A stretch of 64,000 nucleotides of DNA from an uncultured Desulfatitalea sp. (GCA_963668675.2 CAXXMB010000002.1:2816001-2880000), one strand, 5' to 3'; positions 21,690 through 31,380 are shown, numbered from the stretch's first letter. Notes: generated by a model from the sequence alone, not told the origin. Numbers and translations: made by a program.

Positions 21690-22068
21690 TTATTGAATAA
21701 ACCCTGTGATGTAGACGGGAATCGCTGGCCGAATCTTGCTGTCGGTGCTGAGATAAATCGCATCGGCATAGCGCCCTTTCTCTGACTTGGATGCGCCCCT
21801 CCTGCCCGGGAGGGATCTGCCGCGTGCTGGACGCGGCCGTGCAACCTCAACCGGATTTCAGATCAAGAATGTTCAAAGATGCCTCTCCTTGGTTGTGAAT
21901 GATGAATTCATGAACCGCTTGGTTGCCCTCGACAACCGGTTGGAAAGTAAAAACACTCTCGGGAAGGTAGGCTTTCGGTTGTGGACTCAGCTTCTCATTT
22001 CCAAAGCTCAAGGCCGGTATGAGCAACTAAAAAAGCAAAACCATGGCTGACGCAAACTTTCTTAACAT
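21690..22068 (-). pseudogene. DUF1573-like secreted protein with in-frame UGA at a Cys position (candidate selenoprotein), degraded
   Basis: AAAGGAGG RBS; MLRKFASAMVLLF*(TAG 22027-29)...HEFIIHNQGEASLNILDLKSG[TGA 21847-49]GCTAASSTRQIPPGQEGRI; C-terminal KGRYADAIYLSTDSKIRP in another frame. Confidence 0.75.
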
Positions 22069-22147
22069 TCACCCTCCTTTATTCAATACACAGGATTCAA
22101 CACACCATAAATCCAGAATATGCAATGAGGCTTGATGCCGTAACGAT

Positions 22148-22858
22148 TCAGACGCCTGCTGCAAAGGGCTGAACGATGAAATACCCGCCCAAACAGGCAA
22201 TCGCCACACCGGCAATGCGCCGGAACCACATACCGCCTTGCTGAAACCGGCTGTTTTCCAGCACGCGGCGCACGAGGGCCGCGCTGGAGCCCGCCACGGC
22301 AATAGGGATACAGTGCCCGATGCCGAACAGCACGATGAACAGAATGCCGGTGGCGACCTTTTGTTGTATGGTGATGATAGCCAGAATCGGTGCGATAAAA
22401 CCGAACGTGCAAGAGCCGGAAAGAACCCCATACGCCAACCCCAGCAGAAACGCCCCACCCAATCCTTTCACACGAAGCCGCGCCATCAGCGATCCGGACA
22501 TGGAGCAGGCTTTGACCCCCAGCATATCCAATGCAACCCAAATCAGAATCACTCCGACGATGATCGTCCACCAGGGGCCGACATCGCCCAGCATCCGCCC
22601 CAGCAGCGAGCAGATAATGCCCACCAGGGCGATGGTGATGAACAAACCGATGGTGAAGGCCACCGCGTAAGATGCCGCGCTTTTTGTGTGCAGGCCTTTT
22701 TCCTGGCCGGCGACATAGCTGACGATCAGGGGAATGGAAGCCATATGGCAGGGGCTGAGCGCCACACTCACCACACCCCATAAGAAACATCCCAGCGCCG
22801 CGATTCCCACGCCGCCGGCCATCCACTCGTTAATCGTAATCAGTAGCTCGTTGATCAT
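22148..22858 (-). CDS. ccdA: CcdA/DsbD transmembrane electron-transfer protein
   Basis: LSPCHMASIP and GSCTFGFIAP Cys pair; multiple TMs. Confidence 0.85.
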   Translation of the reverse strand: MINELLITINEWMAGGVGIAALGCFLWGVVSVALSPCHMASIPLIVSYVAGQEKGLHTKSAASYAVAFTIGLFITIALVGIICSLLGRMLGDVGPWWTIIVGVILIWVALDMLGVKACSMSGSLMARLRVKGLGGAFLLGLAYGVLSGSCTFGFIAPILAIITIQQKVATGILFIVLFGIGHCIPIAVAGSSAALVRRVLENSRFQQGGMWFRRIAGVAIACLGGYFIVQPFAAGV

Positions 22859-23259
22859 TGGCCGCCCTCCTTGGGAACGCCCAACTTTTCGAATGTCGCC
22901 ACGATGCTTTTCTTGTCCAGAAACCCCACATGGCGACCGACCTCCTTGCCTTCCTTGTCGTAGAATATCTGGGTCGGAATGCCGCGAATGCCGAATCGCT
23001 GCGCCTGCTCACGATGCTCCCAGACATCGATGAAGATGATGGAGGCACGGCCTTTGTATTCCTTTTGAAGTTCCGCGATAATAGGGGCCATCATTTTACA
23101 GGGAATGCATTTGTGCGCTCCCAGATCGACCATGGTGACCAGGCCGGGTGTGGGAACAGGCGGTATGGCGTCGTTTTTAGAATCTCCGGCCGAGGCCGCC
23201 ACCGCCGCCAAACATGCGGCTATCAGGGCGACGAACATGAACCATTTCGTTTTTGTCAT
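22855..23259 (-). CDS. Exported thioredoxin family protein
   Basis: Signal peptide, CIPC motif, cis-Pro GIPTQIF; AAGGA RBS. Confidence 0.9.
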   Translation of the reverse strand: MTKTKWFMFVALIAACLAAVAASAGDSKNDAIPPVPTPGLVTMVDLGAHKCIPCKMMAPIIAELQKEYKGRASIIFIDVWEHREQAQRFGIRGIPTQIFYDKEGKEVGRHVGFLDKKSIVATFEKLGVPKEGGQ

Positions 23260-23309
23260 ACACCGTCCTTTTAAATCGTATGAGATCTCATCAATATTCA
23301 AATTCTTAC

Positions 23310-24659
23310 TTACCGTTTCGAGCACCATTCCATGGCCGCCATTTGTACCGGGTCCCAGGGAGACGACAGCGGTGGCGTATAGGAAAGATCCAGGTCGCAA
23401 AGCGCTTTTACGGTCATGCCGTGATAAAGGGCAGTGGCAACGATGTCGACCCGCTTTGAGACCTCCGATTCCCGATGGCCGACCAGCTGGACTCCAAGCA
23501 GACGTCCGGTTGGGCGATCCCCGGTCAGGCGGATGCGTAGCTCCTTTGCGTCCGGATAGTAAACCTTATGGTCCCAGGAGGTCAGCGACACGGTCAACGG
23601 ATCAAAACCGGCTTCGGCCGCTTCGATTTCCCGCAAGCCGGTTCTTGCCGCCACCTGGTCGAGGACCTTGACCACCTGGGTTCCCAGGCTGCCCTGGAAT
23701 TCGCAATCTCCGCCCAGCATGTTTTCCCCGGCCACCCGGCCCTGCTTGTGCGCCGTGGTTCCCAACGGCATGTAAACATGACGTTCGAGCATGCGGTGCC
23801 AGGTCTGCACGCAATCCCCGGCAGCCCATATATCCGCCTTTTCCGTGGCCATTTGCCTGTTCACATGGATCGCTTTTCCGGCCCCAAGACCGATGCCCGC
23901 TGTTTGGGCCAGTTCAGTAGATGGTCGGGCTCCGGCAGCCACCAGCACTATGTCCGCCGCTACGGTGTCACCGGCAGCCGTTTGCACCGACAAACCATCT
24001 TCATTTCGTGAGATCCGCTGAACCGCTTGCCCTGTAATCACCCGCACTGCCTTGGATTGCAGTTCGGCCCTGATCAACGCCCCAAGTTCAGGGTCCAACG
24101 TCGTCAACACCTCGGGGGCGAATTCCAGCAGGGTAACCGCCATCCCCTTGTGGGTCAGGGCATCGGCCATTTCCAGTCCGATGTAGCCGCCGCCGATGAC
24201 CACAACCCGCCTGGGGCTTTCCTGGTCGATAAAGCGTTTGACCGCGAAGCTATCATCCATCCAACGAAGGAAAAAGACACCGGGATTTTCCAAACCTTCG
24301 ATGGGCGGCTTGGCCGATTCCGCACCGGTGGCGATCAGCAGTTTGTCGTATCCGATCCGGTGATTGTTTCCATCGGACGAACGAGCTTGCACCTGCTTGG
24401 TCCGCGGTTCAATGGCCAGCGCCTTGTGATCGAGCAATAAATCGATACCGTGTTTTGTAATCTCCTCCACGGTGCGATGGGCCAGGGTGCGCCAATCCGC
24501 CACTTCGCCGCTCAGGTAAAACGGCAGCCCGCAGATGCTGAAGTTGGGGTATGCGTCGGCGGCCATCACCGTTACCGCTGCCTTCGGGTCGATCTCTTTG
24601 ATCCTTAGCGCTGCGCTGATGCCCGCATCGCTACCGCCGATAATAAGTATGGGGTTCAT
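23310..24659 (-). CDS. CoA-disulfide reductase / NADH oxidase-like flavoprotein
   Basis: IIGGSDAG, NFSICGLP single Cys, GGGYIGLE, AAGDC, LDLSYTPP. Confidence 0.9.
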   Translation of the reverse strand: MNPILIIGGSDAGISAALRIKEIDPKAAVTVMAADAYPNFSICGLPFYLSGEVADWRTLAHRTVEEITKHGIDLLLDHKALAIEPRTKQVQARSSDGNNHRIGYDKLLIATGAESAKPPIEGLENPGVFFLRWMDDSFAVKRFIDQESPRRVVVIGGGYIGLEMADALTHKGMAVTLLEFAPEVLTTLDPELGALIRAELQSKAVRVITGQAVQRISRNEDGLSVQTAAGDTVAADIVLVAAGARPSTELAQTAGIGLGAGKAIHVNRQMATEKADIWAAGDCVQTWHRMLERHVYMPLGTTAHKQGRVAGENMLGGDCEFQGSLGTQVVKVLDQVAARTGLREIEAAEAGFDPLTVSLTSWDHKVYYPDAKELRIRLTGDRPTGRLLGVQLVGHRESEVSKRVDIVATALYHGMTVKALCDLDLSYTPPLSSPWDPVQMAAMEWCSKR

Positions 24660-24676
24660 ATCGCCTCTTTATCCTT

Positions 24677-25174
24677 TCATTGCTCAGCCGGTGCCCCTTC
24701 GAATTGCCTTGTTGGCTGTTGAACCGATTTGGGTATCATGAACTGCCGAAACATCAGGTATCCCGCGGCCAGCAGGAAGATCGGGTCCCTGAAAAGGTAC
24801 CAGGCCGTGGGTGGCGATGAAGCCGGGTCCGGTCGGGTTGAAAAACACCCGCAGTGTACATCCAGCCCCCTGTAATGATTGAACAACAGAGCCAGAAAAA
24901 AAGCCCAAAGCAACCCGTTGGACCACAAGACCGCACCGGGCAGCCATTGACCGGTCAGCAGGCATACCCCCAGCAACAATTCCAGCCAGGGCAACGCCAG
25001 GGCGGTCAAGTTTATCAATCCGTCGGGCAGGATTTGATAGTTGTACACCGCACGGGCAAAATCAGCCGGATGGAGAATCTTGTCCACGCTGGCATAAATG
25101 AAAACCCCGCCAAGAAACAGGCGGGCGATCAATGTCGGCCATCCCGTGGACGGCTGTTCCTCATTATGGCTCAC
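24677..25174 (-). CDS. MauE/DoxX family redox membrane protein
   Basis: RLFLGGVFIYAS.DKI, LPWLELLLG, RGLDVHCGCF. Confidence 0.88.
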   Translation of the reverse strand: MSHNEEQPSTGWPTLIARLFLGGVFIYASVDKILHPADFARAVYNYQILPDGLINLTALALPWLELLLGVCLLTGQWLPGAVLWSNGLLWAFFLALLFNHYRGLDVHCGCFSTRPDPASSPPTAWYLFRDPIFLLAAGYLMFRQFMIPKSVQQPTRQFEGAPAEQ

Positions 25175-25694
25175 GATGCCCTCCCTGTTCGGTGGGGTAA
25201 CCATTTTGCGTCCACATCGTCCATCCGTTGATCAACACCTTGACATTCTCATAGCCCATGTCACTGAGCATCAAGGCCAGGTCTTCACTCAGGGAACACG
25301 CCTCGCCGTCGCAGTAAGCGATAACGATGGTCTTGGTGTCCGTCACCTTCTCGAAAAACATGTCCAAATAGTCGTTGACCTGCTGCCAAGGCACGTTGAG
25401 CGCGCCGGGGATATGGCCATCGGCAAAAATATCCGGCGGTCTCGCGTCCACGAAAACCGCTTCCCGGGCATCGTAAAGCGCTACGGCTTCGTTGAGCGGA
25501 ATCACCATGCCGTCGTCTGTGGCCGCTTTCAGCCGTGCCTCCGGTGACCAGTCGACCACCAGGGGGATGCCGTCCGTGCGGAATCGGTTTACGCCCAGTG
25601 CCAGCCCGACAGCGACCAGAAAGACCAACGAGGCTTGAAAAACGGCCTTCGGAAAAAGCTCGCTCCGAAATCGATACAGCGGTTCCTCACTCAT
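25164..25694 (-). CDS. Membrane-anchored rhodanese-like protein
   Basis: FVDAR...[20 protein letters not shown] 25694 overlaps the acr3 stop. Confidence 0.88.
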   Translation of the reverse strand: MSEEPLYRFRSELFPKAVFQASLVFLVAVGLALGVNRFRTDGIPLVVDWSPEARLKAATDDGMVIPLNEAVALYDAREAVFVDARPPDIFADGHIPGALNVPWQQVNDYLDMFFEKVTDTKTIVIAYCDGEACSLSEDLALMLSDMGYENVKVLINGWTMWTQNGYPTEQGGHREP

Positions 25695-26782
25695 GGCTTG
25701 CACGTCACATGGCACACGCCGGTGGGTGTTTCCACGGCGTAAGGAAAATATTTGCGTTTGAACCACATGGCGGCGTTGACCAGGGAAATGAGCACCGGCA
25801 CCTCCACCAGGGGGCCGATCACAGCGGCAAAGGCCTGCCCCGAATCCAGACCGAAGACCGCCACGGCCACGGCGATAGCCAGCTCGAAGTTGTTGGAGGC
25901 GGCGGTAAAGGACAAGGTGGTCGATTGCTCGTAGGTCGCCTTGGCCTTCACGGACAGCCAGAAGGAGACGAAGAACATGATCACGAAATAGATGCACAGC
26001 GGGATGGCCACCCGCACCACATCCATGGGCAGTTGAACGATATACTCGCCTTTGAGCGAAAACATCACCAGGATCGTGAACAGCAACGCAATCAGGGTGA
26101 TGGGGCTGATCTTGGGGATGAAGTTCTTTTCGTAGCGTTCGACGCCCACGGTCTTCAAACCGATGACCCGCGACAGCACCCCGGCGATAAAGGGAATGCC
26201 CAGGTAGATGAATACGCTTTCGGCGATCTGGCCAATGGAGATATCCACCACCATGCCCTCAAGGCCTATCCAGCGGGGCAGTACGGTGATGAAAATGTAG
26301 GCGTAAACGGAGAAAAAGAGCACCTGGAAGATGGAGTTGAAGGCCACCAACCCGGCGCAATACTCCCGGTCGCCTTTGGCCAGGTCGTTCCAGACGATCA
26401 CCATGGCGATGCAGCGCGCCAGTCCGATGAGGATCAGCCCCACCATGTACTCCTGGTGGCCGGACAGAAAAGCGATGGCCAGCAGGAACATCAGGATCGG
26501 TCCGATAATCCAGTTCTGGACCAGGGAAAGCGTCAGAACCTTGACGTCACGGAACACGAAACCCAGCTTTTCGTATTTAACCTTGGCCAGAGGCGGATAC
26601 ATCATCAGGATCAGCCCTAAGGCGATGGGAATGTTGGTGGTACCCACGGAAAAACGGTTGATGAAATTCTTGATCTCCGGAAACAGGTAACCGCCCCCCA
26701 CGCCGACGAACATGGCCAGAAAGATCCACAGCGTGAGAAAGCGGTCCAGAAAGCTCAGTTTCTTGATGGTCGAATCGGTCAT
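25691..26782 (-). CDS. acr3: ACR3 family arsenite efflux transporter
   Basis: [52 protein letters not shown]. Confidence 0.97.
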   Translation of the reverse strand: MTDSTIKKLSFLDRFLTLWIFLAMFVGVGGGYLFPEIKNFINRFSVGTTNIPIALGLILMMYPPLAKVKYEKLGFVFRDVKVLTLSLVQNWIIGPILMFLLAIAFLSGHQEYMVGLILIGLARCIAMVIVWNDLAKGDREYCAGLVAFNSIFQVLFFSVYAYIFITVLPRWIGLEGMVVDISIGQIAESVFIYLGIPFIAGVLSRVIGLKTVGVERYEKNFIPKISPITLIALLFTILVMFSLKGEYIVQLPMDVVRVAIPLCIYFVIMFFVSFWLSVKAKATYEQSTTLSFTAASNNFELAIAVAVAVFGLDSGQAFAAVIGPLVEVPVLISLVNAAMWFKRKYFPYAVETPTGVCHVTCKP

Positions 26783-26793
26783 GCCTCCTCCTT

Positions 26794-27315
26794 CTATTCA
26801 AAAACGAAACCGGCCAGATAGCCGGACAGTTTCGTTCGATTTTCCTCGTTTAGTTCAGGGCAGTGTTCCGCTCCCCGACCGCCCTCCATCACCTGGGCGG
26901 AAAAGGCCATGCAGGTGGGCTGGCCGCATTTCTTGCAGTTGGTTTTGGGCAGCAGCTTCAATATTTCCATCAATACCGGTTTGGTCTTGCCCGTATAGCA
27001 GGGCGTGATCGCATCACGATTTTCCCACGCTTGATTGATCTCTTTCTTCAGCCACTCCAGAATGCGGTCCGCTTCCTGCTCGTCTTCCAGCGCGTTGATC
27101 GCGATCTCCCGCGTCCCAACTTTGATAATCCTGCCATGATGGTGAAACATCACCTCCGGCGGATCGCTGAAATACTGGGTGCCGCCCAGAATCGCGTTCA
27201 GATAGGGCAGCACTTCGCCCACATCCTCGTTCAGACGCGCGATGCAATGCACAGACGTAAAACTTGGGTTGCATTCGGGACGAAAGATGGTCTTGGTGTA
27301 TCCGGACAGCTGCAT
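26794..27315 (-). CDS. Fe-S cluster domain protein (ArsR-associated)
   Basis: C-terminal [17 protein letters not shown]...C motif; GGAGG RBS. Confidence 0.85.
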   Translation of the reverse strand: MQLSGYTKTIFRPECNPSFTSVHCIARLNEDVGEVLPYLNAILGGTQYFSDPPEVMFHHHGRIIKVGTREIAINALEDEQEADRILEWLKKEINQAWENRDAITPCYTGKTKPVLMEILKLLPKTNCKKCGQPTCMAFSAQVMEGGRGAEHCPELNEENRTKLSGYLAGFVFE

Positions 27316-27328
27316 CGCGTCACCTCCA

Positions 27329-27595
27329 TTAACAAAGCTCACCGGCGCGTTCGTTCTCCTGGCCCAGGAGAATGCGGATCTCCCGTGAGCATCAAGGCCC
27401 CCTGGGGCTGGTTTCCTTGCAGCGCCCCTGGGTTCACGCGCCGGTGGCCGCTTTTATTTCCGTCAATGTTTGCGCCCCCTTTTGCTTGGCGCACAGGATG
27501 TCCGCTTTTGTGACCTGGGAGCAATAGCGCACCGTCTCGGTTTCAGGTGCCACCCGGATATCCTCGGAAAAGGGTATGTCAACCGATCTGTTCAT
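27329..27595 (-). CDS. BFD-like (2Fe-2S)-binding protein with two in-frame UGA codons (candidate selenoprotein or pseudogene); absent from the ORF track
   Basis: MNRSVD...ETVRYCSQVTKADI...IKAATGA[TGA 27434-36]TQGRCKETSPRGP[TGA 27392-94]CSREIRILL...TAA 27329-31. Confidence 0.7.
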
Positions 27596-27610
27596 CTGCA
27601 CATTTCCAAT

Positions 27611-27750
27611 TCAGCAACAGGATTTACAGCCACAGCCAGCCGGGGACGTCGCTCCGAACGCAGGGCTTGGCTGGCCCACTACCCGCTTGACCGCCGCTTC
27701 GACACAATCGATATCATCGCACTGAAGGTTGAAATTCTTGTCCTTCGCAT
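27611..27750 (-). pseudogene. Probable C-terminal remnant of a DGC-type zinc-binding protein
   Basis: KDKNFNLQCDDIDCVEAAVKR...GCGCKSCC*; lies where such genes usually sit in ars clusters. Confidence 0.45.
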
Positions 27751-27755
27751 CCTCC

Positions 27756-27989
27756 CTATTTTCCAAGCCAGGATTTGACATCCTCTTTGCTGGGGATCTT
27801 GCCTACCGACTTGACCTCACCGTCCACAACCACCGCCGGTGTACCGAACACACCGTATCCGGCGATCTTCATCACGTCGGTGACCTTTTCCACATCTGCA
27901 GGCACGCCTGCTTCAGCCACCGCCTCCTTGACCACTTTTTCCGTCTGCTGGCATTTGGGGCAGCCAGGGCCCAGTACTTTGATGTTCAT
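27756..27989 (-). CDS. Small redox-active disulfide protein (MTH895/thioredoxin_3)
   Basis: IKVLGPGCPKC, TPAVVVDG. Confidence 0.93.
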   Translation of the reverse strand: MNIKVLGPGCPKCQQTEKVVKEAVAEAGVPADVEKVTDVMKIAGYGVFGTPAVVVDGEVKSVGKIPSKEDVKSWLGK

Positions 27990-28058
27990 TTTGACACTCC
28001 TTCATTTGGTTTGTGTTTCGATTTCCAGACAATTCATGTTTTGTCCTCCAATAGTCGC

Positions 28059-29231
28059 TTACGCGAACACCGCACCGTAGATCATCCCCGCAATGGTGGA
28101 CATGATCACGATGATGCCGCAGAAAGTGGCTGTCTTTTTCACACCCATGACGCTGCCGATCACCAGCATGTTGGGCAGTGACAGTGCCGGGCCGGCCAGC
28201 AGCAGGGCCAGCGCTGGCCCCTTTCCCATGCCGGCTCCCAAAAGTCCTTGGAGAATCGGCACCTCGGTCAGGGTGGCGAAATACATCAACGCCCCGGCCA
28301 GGGAGGCAATCAGGTTGGCCCAGATAGAATTGCCGCCTAGAAGCGAGGAAATCCACTGCTCGGGAATCAGGGCCGGATGACCGGGGCGGCCCAGCATGAA
28401 TCCAGCCACAATCACTCCGCCGAAAAGCAGAGGGAAAATCTGTTTCATGAATCCCCAGGTGGACTCCACCCAGCTTTTACACTCATCCTTTGTGAACCAA
28501 GCCTTGAGTATCAATCCCAGGATGATCAGCAGGGCGATGGTGATGTGCCATTTGGCGGCGAAGATGGCCGGCCACAATCCGGTCGATCCGGGAGCCGGTT
28601 TGGCGAAGGCGGCGGACACCAGGATCAGCACCATGGTCAAGAGGTATAGACTGTCTTGCAGCAGGGTGCGCTGCTTGGCTCCCTCATCCGGGACGTAAAT
28701 CTGCCCGGCGGTGCGCGCCGCATCGTCTTTATGAAAGATGAGGGCCATCAAAAGACCCGTCACCACGGCGAAAATCACCGCCCCCAAGGCACGGGCCAGG
28801 CCCAATTGCCAGCCAAGGATTTTGGCGGTCAGGGTGATGGCCAGCACATTGATGGCTGGTCCGGAATAAAGAAACGCCGTGGCCGGCCCGATGCCCGCGC
28901 CCCGGGTGTAGATCCCCGCAAACAATGGCAGCACCGTGCACGAACACACCGCCAGGATGGTTCCCGAAACCGAGGCCACCGAATAGGACAAAAACTTACC
29001 GGCCTGGGCCCCGAAATACTTGAGCACCGATGCCTGGGACACGAACACGGCAATGGCCCCGGCGATGAAAAAGGCGGGAATCAAACAGGTGAGAACATGT
29101 TGCCGGGCGTACTCCTGAAGCATCATAAAGGCTTCCAGCCCGGATTGACGGATCACCGGATGGCCCCAGGGAACATAGTAGGCGGCCACGAAAACCCCCA
29201 CGATCAACAACAGCTTGGTGCGTTCCTTCAT
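28059..29231 (-). CDS. ArsP-family (DUF318) permease
   Basis: HVLTCLIPAFFIAG, AVCSCTVLPLF, FLYSGPAIN, YFATLTEVP, GPALSLP. Confidence 0.92.
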   Translation of the reverse strand: MKERTKLLLIVGVFVAAYYVPWGHPVIRQSGLEAFMMLQEYARQHVLTCLIPAFFIAGAIAVFVSQASVLKYFGAQAGKFLSYSVASVSGTILAVCSCTVLPLFAGIYTRGAGIGPATAFLYSGPAINVLAITLTAKILGWQLGLARALGAVIFAVVTGLLMALIFHKDDAARTAGQIYVPDEGAKQRTLLQDSLYLLTMVLILVSAAFAKPAPGSTGLWPAIFAAKWHITIALLIILGLILKAWFTKDECKSWVESTWGFMKQIFPLLFGGVIVAGFMLGRPGHPALIPEQWISSLLGGNSIWANLIASLAGALMYFATLTEVPILQGLLGAGMGKGPALALLLAGPALSLPNMLVIGSVMGVKKTATFCGIIVIMSTIAGMIYGAVFA

Positions 29232-29300
29232 AACGTCTGCTCCTTGCGTTGGCGGCCTCGCGTTCCGGCCGGTGGTCTCGTGGGTCGCCGTCTTATTCTG

Positions 29301-29320
29301 ATTTCGTCATATGACGATAT
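29301..29320. promoter_or_regulatory. Candidate ArsR operator between arsR and the permease
   Basis: Perfect 14-bp palindrome TCGTCATATGACGA (29304-29317); related half-site ATATCGT at 29692. Confidence 0.55.
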
Positions 29321-29337
29321 GATTAGGTTAAAAAAAA

Positions 29338-29682
29338 TCAGTTGCCGCAGATGTTTTCGCGATTAATCTCCGGCAGTCTGGCCACCAGTGCAGCCACATC
29401 CGCGTCATCCTCCAGCCAATGTCGCAAATTGCCCAGCAGGTTGGCCACATAGGGATTCCTGGCCCCATCGGCCAAACGGTAATTCACCCACGGTCCTTCC
29501 TTTAAATAGGTAATCAAGCCAGCCTCTTCCAGTATCTTGAGGTGTTTGCTGGCGGTGGACTGGGCCAGGCCCAAAGCCTCTTGAATCTCACACACGCACA
29601 GCACCCGCCGCTGAAGCAGCTTGACCATCTTGACCCGGTTCGGATCGGACAGGGCCTTCATGACTTTGATAAAATCTCTCAT
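29338..29682 (-). CDS. arsR: ArsR/SmtB family repressor
   Basis: KALSDPNR, LCVCEI, QSTASKHL. Confidence 0.93.
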   Translation of the reverse strand: MRDFIKVMKALSDPNRVKMVKLLQRRVLCVCEIQEALGLAQSTASKHLKILEEAGLITYLKEGPWVNYRLADGARNPYVANLLGNLRHWLEDDADVAALVARLPEINRENICGN

Positions 29683-29691
29683 GGCGTCTCC

Positions 29692-29735
29692 ATATCGTTA
29701 ATTGGGAATATATTGAACCAACAAGGGCTTGTCAA
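29692..29735 (-). promoter_or_regulatory. Sigma-70 promoter of arsR with overlapping operator-like site
   Basis: TTGACA (29730-35)-N17-TATATT (29707-12). Confidence 0.65.
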
Positions 29736-29856
29736 ACAAGAATGTACATTTATGAGAAATGAACTGAAACCCAGGGCAGACAGGAAACCAAACACCTGAA
29801 GGCGTTATCTCGATAAACCTTTGAATTTTTATTGATATTCAACCAGTCGGAGATGC

Positions 29857-29973
29857 TCATGCTTGGTAGGTTACCCCAAACACCGTATCCGAAAGCCACT
29901 TTTTGAAGCAGGGGTTGTCGCAGAACTGTTTGAACAATTCGGTGTGGTCGGAAAGCAGGTCTTCACTGGTCAT
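29857..29973 (-). pseudogene. Type I restriction HsdR extreme C-terminal remnant (variant 2)
   Basis: LLSDHTELFKQFCDNPCFKKWLSDTVFGVTY. Confidence 0.55.
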
Positions 29974-30285
29974 TTGCGACTTCGGCCTCCTCCCTGATCT
30001 TTTCGTAGACCTTCTTGAGGAGATGCTTGCTGACCGCCTCCCGGAATCGATCCTCGTTCATGAATTTCGCTGTAATTTCTTCGTTCAGGTCCATTCGGTC
30101 TATAAAGAGCCCCTCTAAAGCCTTGCGAAAGACGTAGTCGAAATTTTCCATCGTGTTGGCAAGCGCTGCCTGGCGGAGGTTGCTGTCTGATACGGCGTCC
30201 TCCCGGATCGATTCGAAGAATAGCTGGTCGACCGAACGAAAATCCATCCCGAACCGCTTCATGAGGATATCCCCGAGCCTGGCTC
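29963..30285 (-). pseudogene. Type I restriction HsdR C-terminal remnant (variant 1)
   Basis: RFGMDF..VDQLFFESIREDA...AALANTMENF...FIDRMDLNEEITAKFMNEDRF. Confidence 0.7.
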
Positions 30286-30294
30286 CGGTGGCTG

Positions 30295-30670
30295 GTGCAT
30301 TTCCCGACACCTGACGGGATAAAATGGTCCGATATAAAAATCCAGTTCAGGAACGGACACACGGTTACGATTTGGGCGGGCGGCCAAATCGGGCGGTATA
30401 CGTATTACCAAATGGGCATGTACAGCAAGAAAAATGGTGACCGCACTGTACAGTGGAAGCTCCTCCTGGACTTCGCTGAAAACCGCGGAGAGATTGACAA
30501 AAACAGCCGCAAAGAGACCCCATACCATTTCTTAAAAAAAAAAGCAGGAACTGTCGAAGTGCTTGCGGGACTTTTTTCGCCTTGACGGTGAGCCCATCGA
30601 ATGGATCAAGGGTGAAAAGTGTTATCGTTGCCGGTTCCGAATCTTCCCTGAAGGAGCCGACGAGTATTGA
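30295..30670 (+). pseudogene. Island-type hypothetical protein fragment, frameshifted at a poly-A run
   Basis: FPTPDGIKWSDI...QWKLLL continues after A10 (30534-43) as QELSKCLRDFF...YRCRFRI. Confidence 0.5.
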
Positions 30671-30981
30671 GTATTCCCTGCCGGGAAATCCACATTAATC
30701 CCACTTCTCAGGTCCTGCGAGGGACTTTGGGTTCGAAAATTCGGGTGCTTTATCACACCACAGGCCGTGTTTCCATAACTCCCCAAACAGGCCGATTGGC
30801 TTAAGTTATTGATATAAAGGAGATTGACTAATCGGACGAGCTTCAGACTTCGTCCTGAGAAAACAGAGAATCAGAGGTCGAACAGAGAATGAAAGGCTGG
30901 AGAATGGTGGAAACGAGGCGGGTGGATAGGGCTCCCTCGTCGATGTGAAAATCGCCCAAACCATTTGAAAATAAGGGAAAA

Positions 30982-31026
30982 TAAAAAACCCGTCGCCCCC
31001 GGAAGTGGTCCCGGAGAGACGGGTTT
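30982..31026 (-). terminator. Intrinsic terminator following the tmRNA 3' fragment
   Basis: AAACCCGTC...GACGGGTTT stem, then a T-rich run on the minus strand. Confidence 0.75.
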
Positions 31027-31038
31027 GTCTTTTCTAAA

Positions 31039-31065
31039 TGGTGGAGGCGGCGGGAGTCGAACCCG
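31039..31065 (-). mobile_element. tmRNA (ssrA) 3'-end duplicate, a genomic island att site
   Basis: CGGGTTCGACTCCCGCCGCCTCCACCA; no tmRNA/tRNA body upstream. Confidence 0.85.
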
Positions 31066-31380
31066 AGCAATACGCCTGTAAAAACTGTAAAATCAGATCG
31101 TTATATTTTTGCTGAACAACAAGCGAACAACATTTTAATCAATTTCCATATTAGACTATCCGTCTCGCCAATCAATTCATAGCATACCCGACGCACACAT
31201 GTTCGTCTAAAACAAGGCACACTGATTGTTGTAGAACTTTTCTTGTTGAGGTTCTGGATAGAGAATGCCGATTGCATCCATTTTTCAATTAGATCTAATG
31301 CAAGCTATCAATATGCCGATATATTCATTAGAATACAGCGCCATTGTCAATCAACCCCCCCCAACTGTCCATGAGGATTA

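Noticed and set aside
31039..31065. Complete tRNA or tmRNA gene
   Set aside because: Only the T-arm and acceptor 3' strand are present; upstream sequence cannot form the rest
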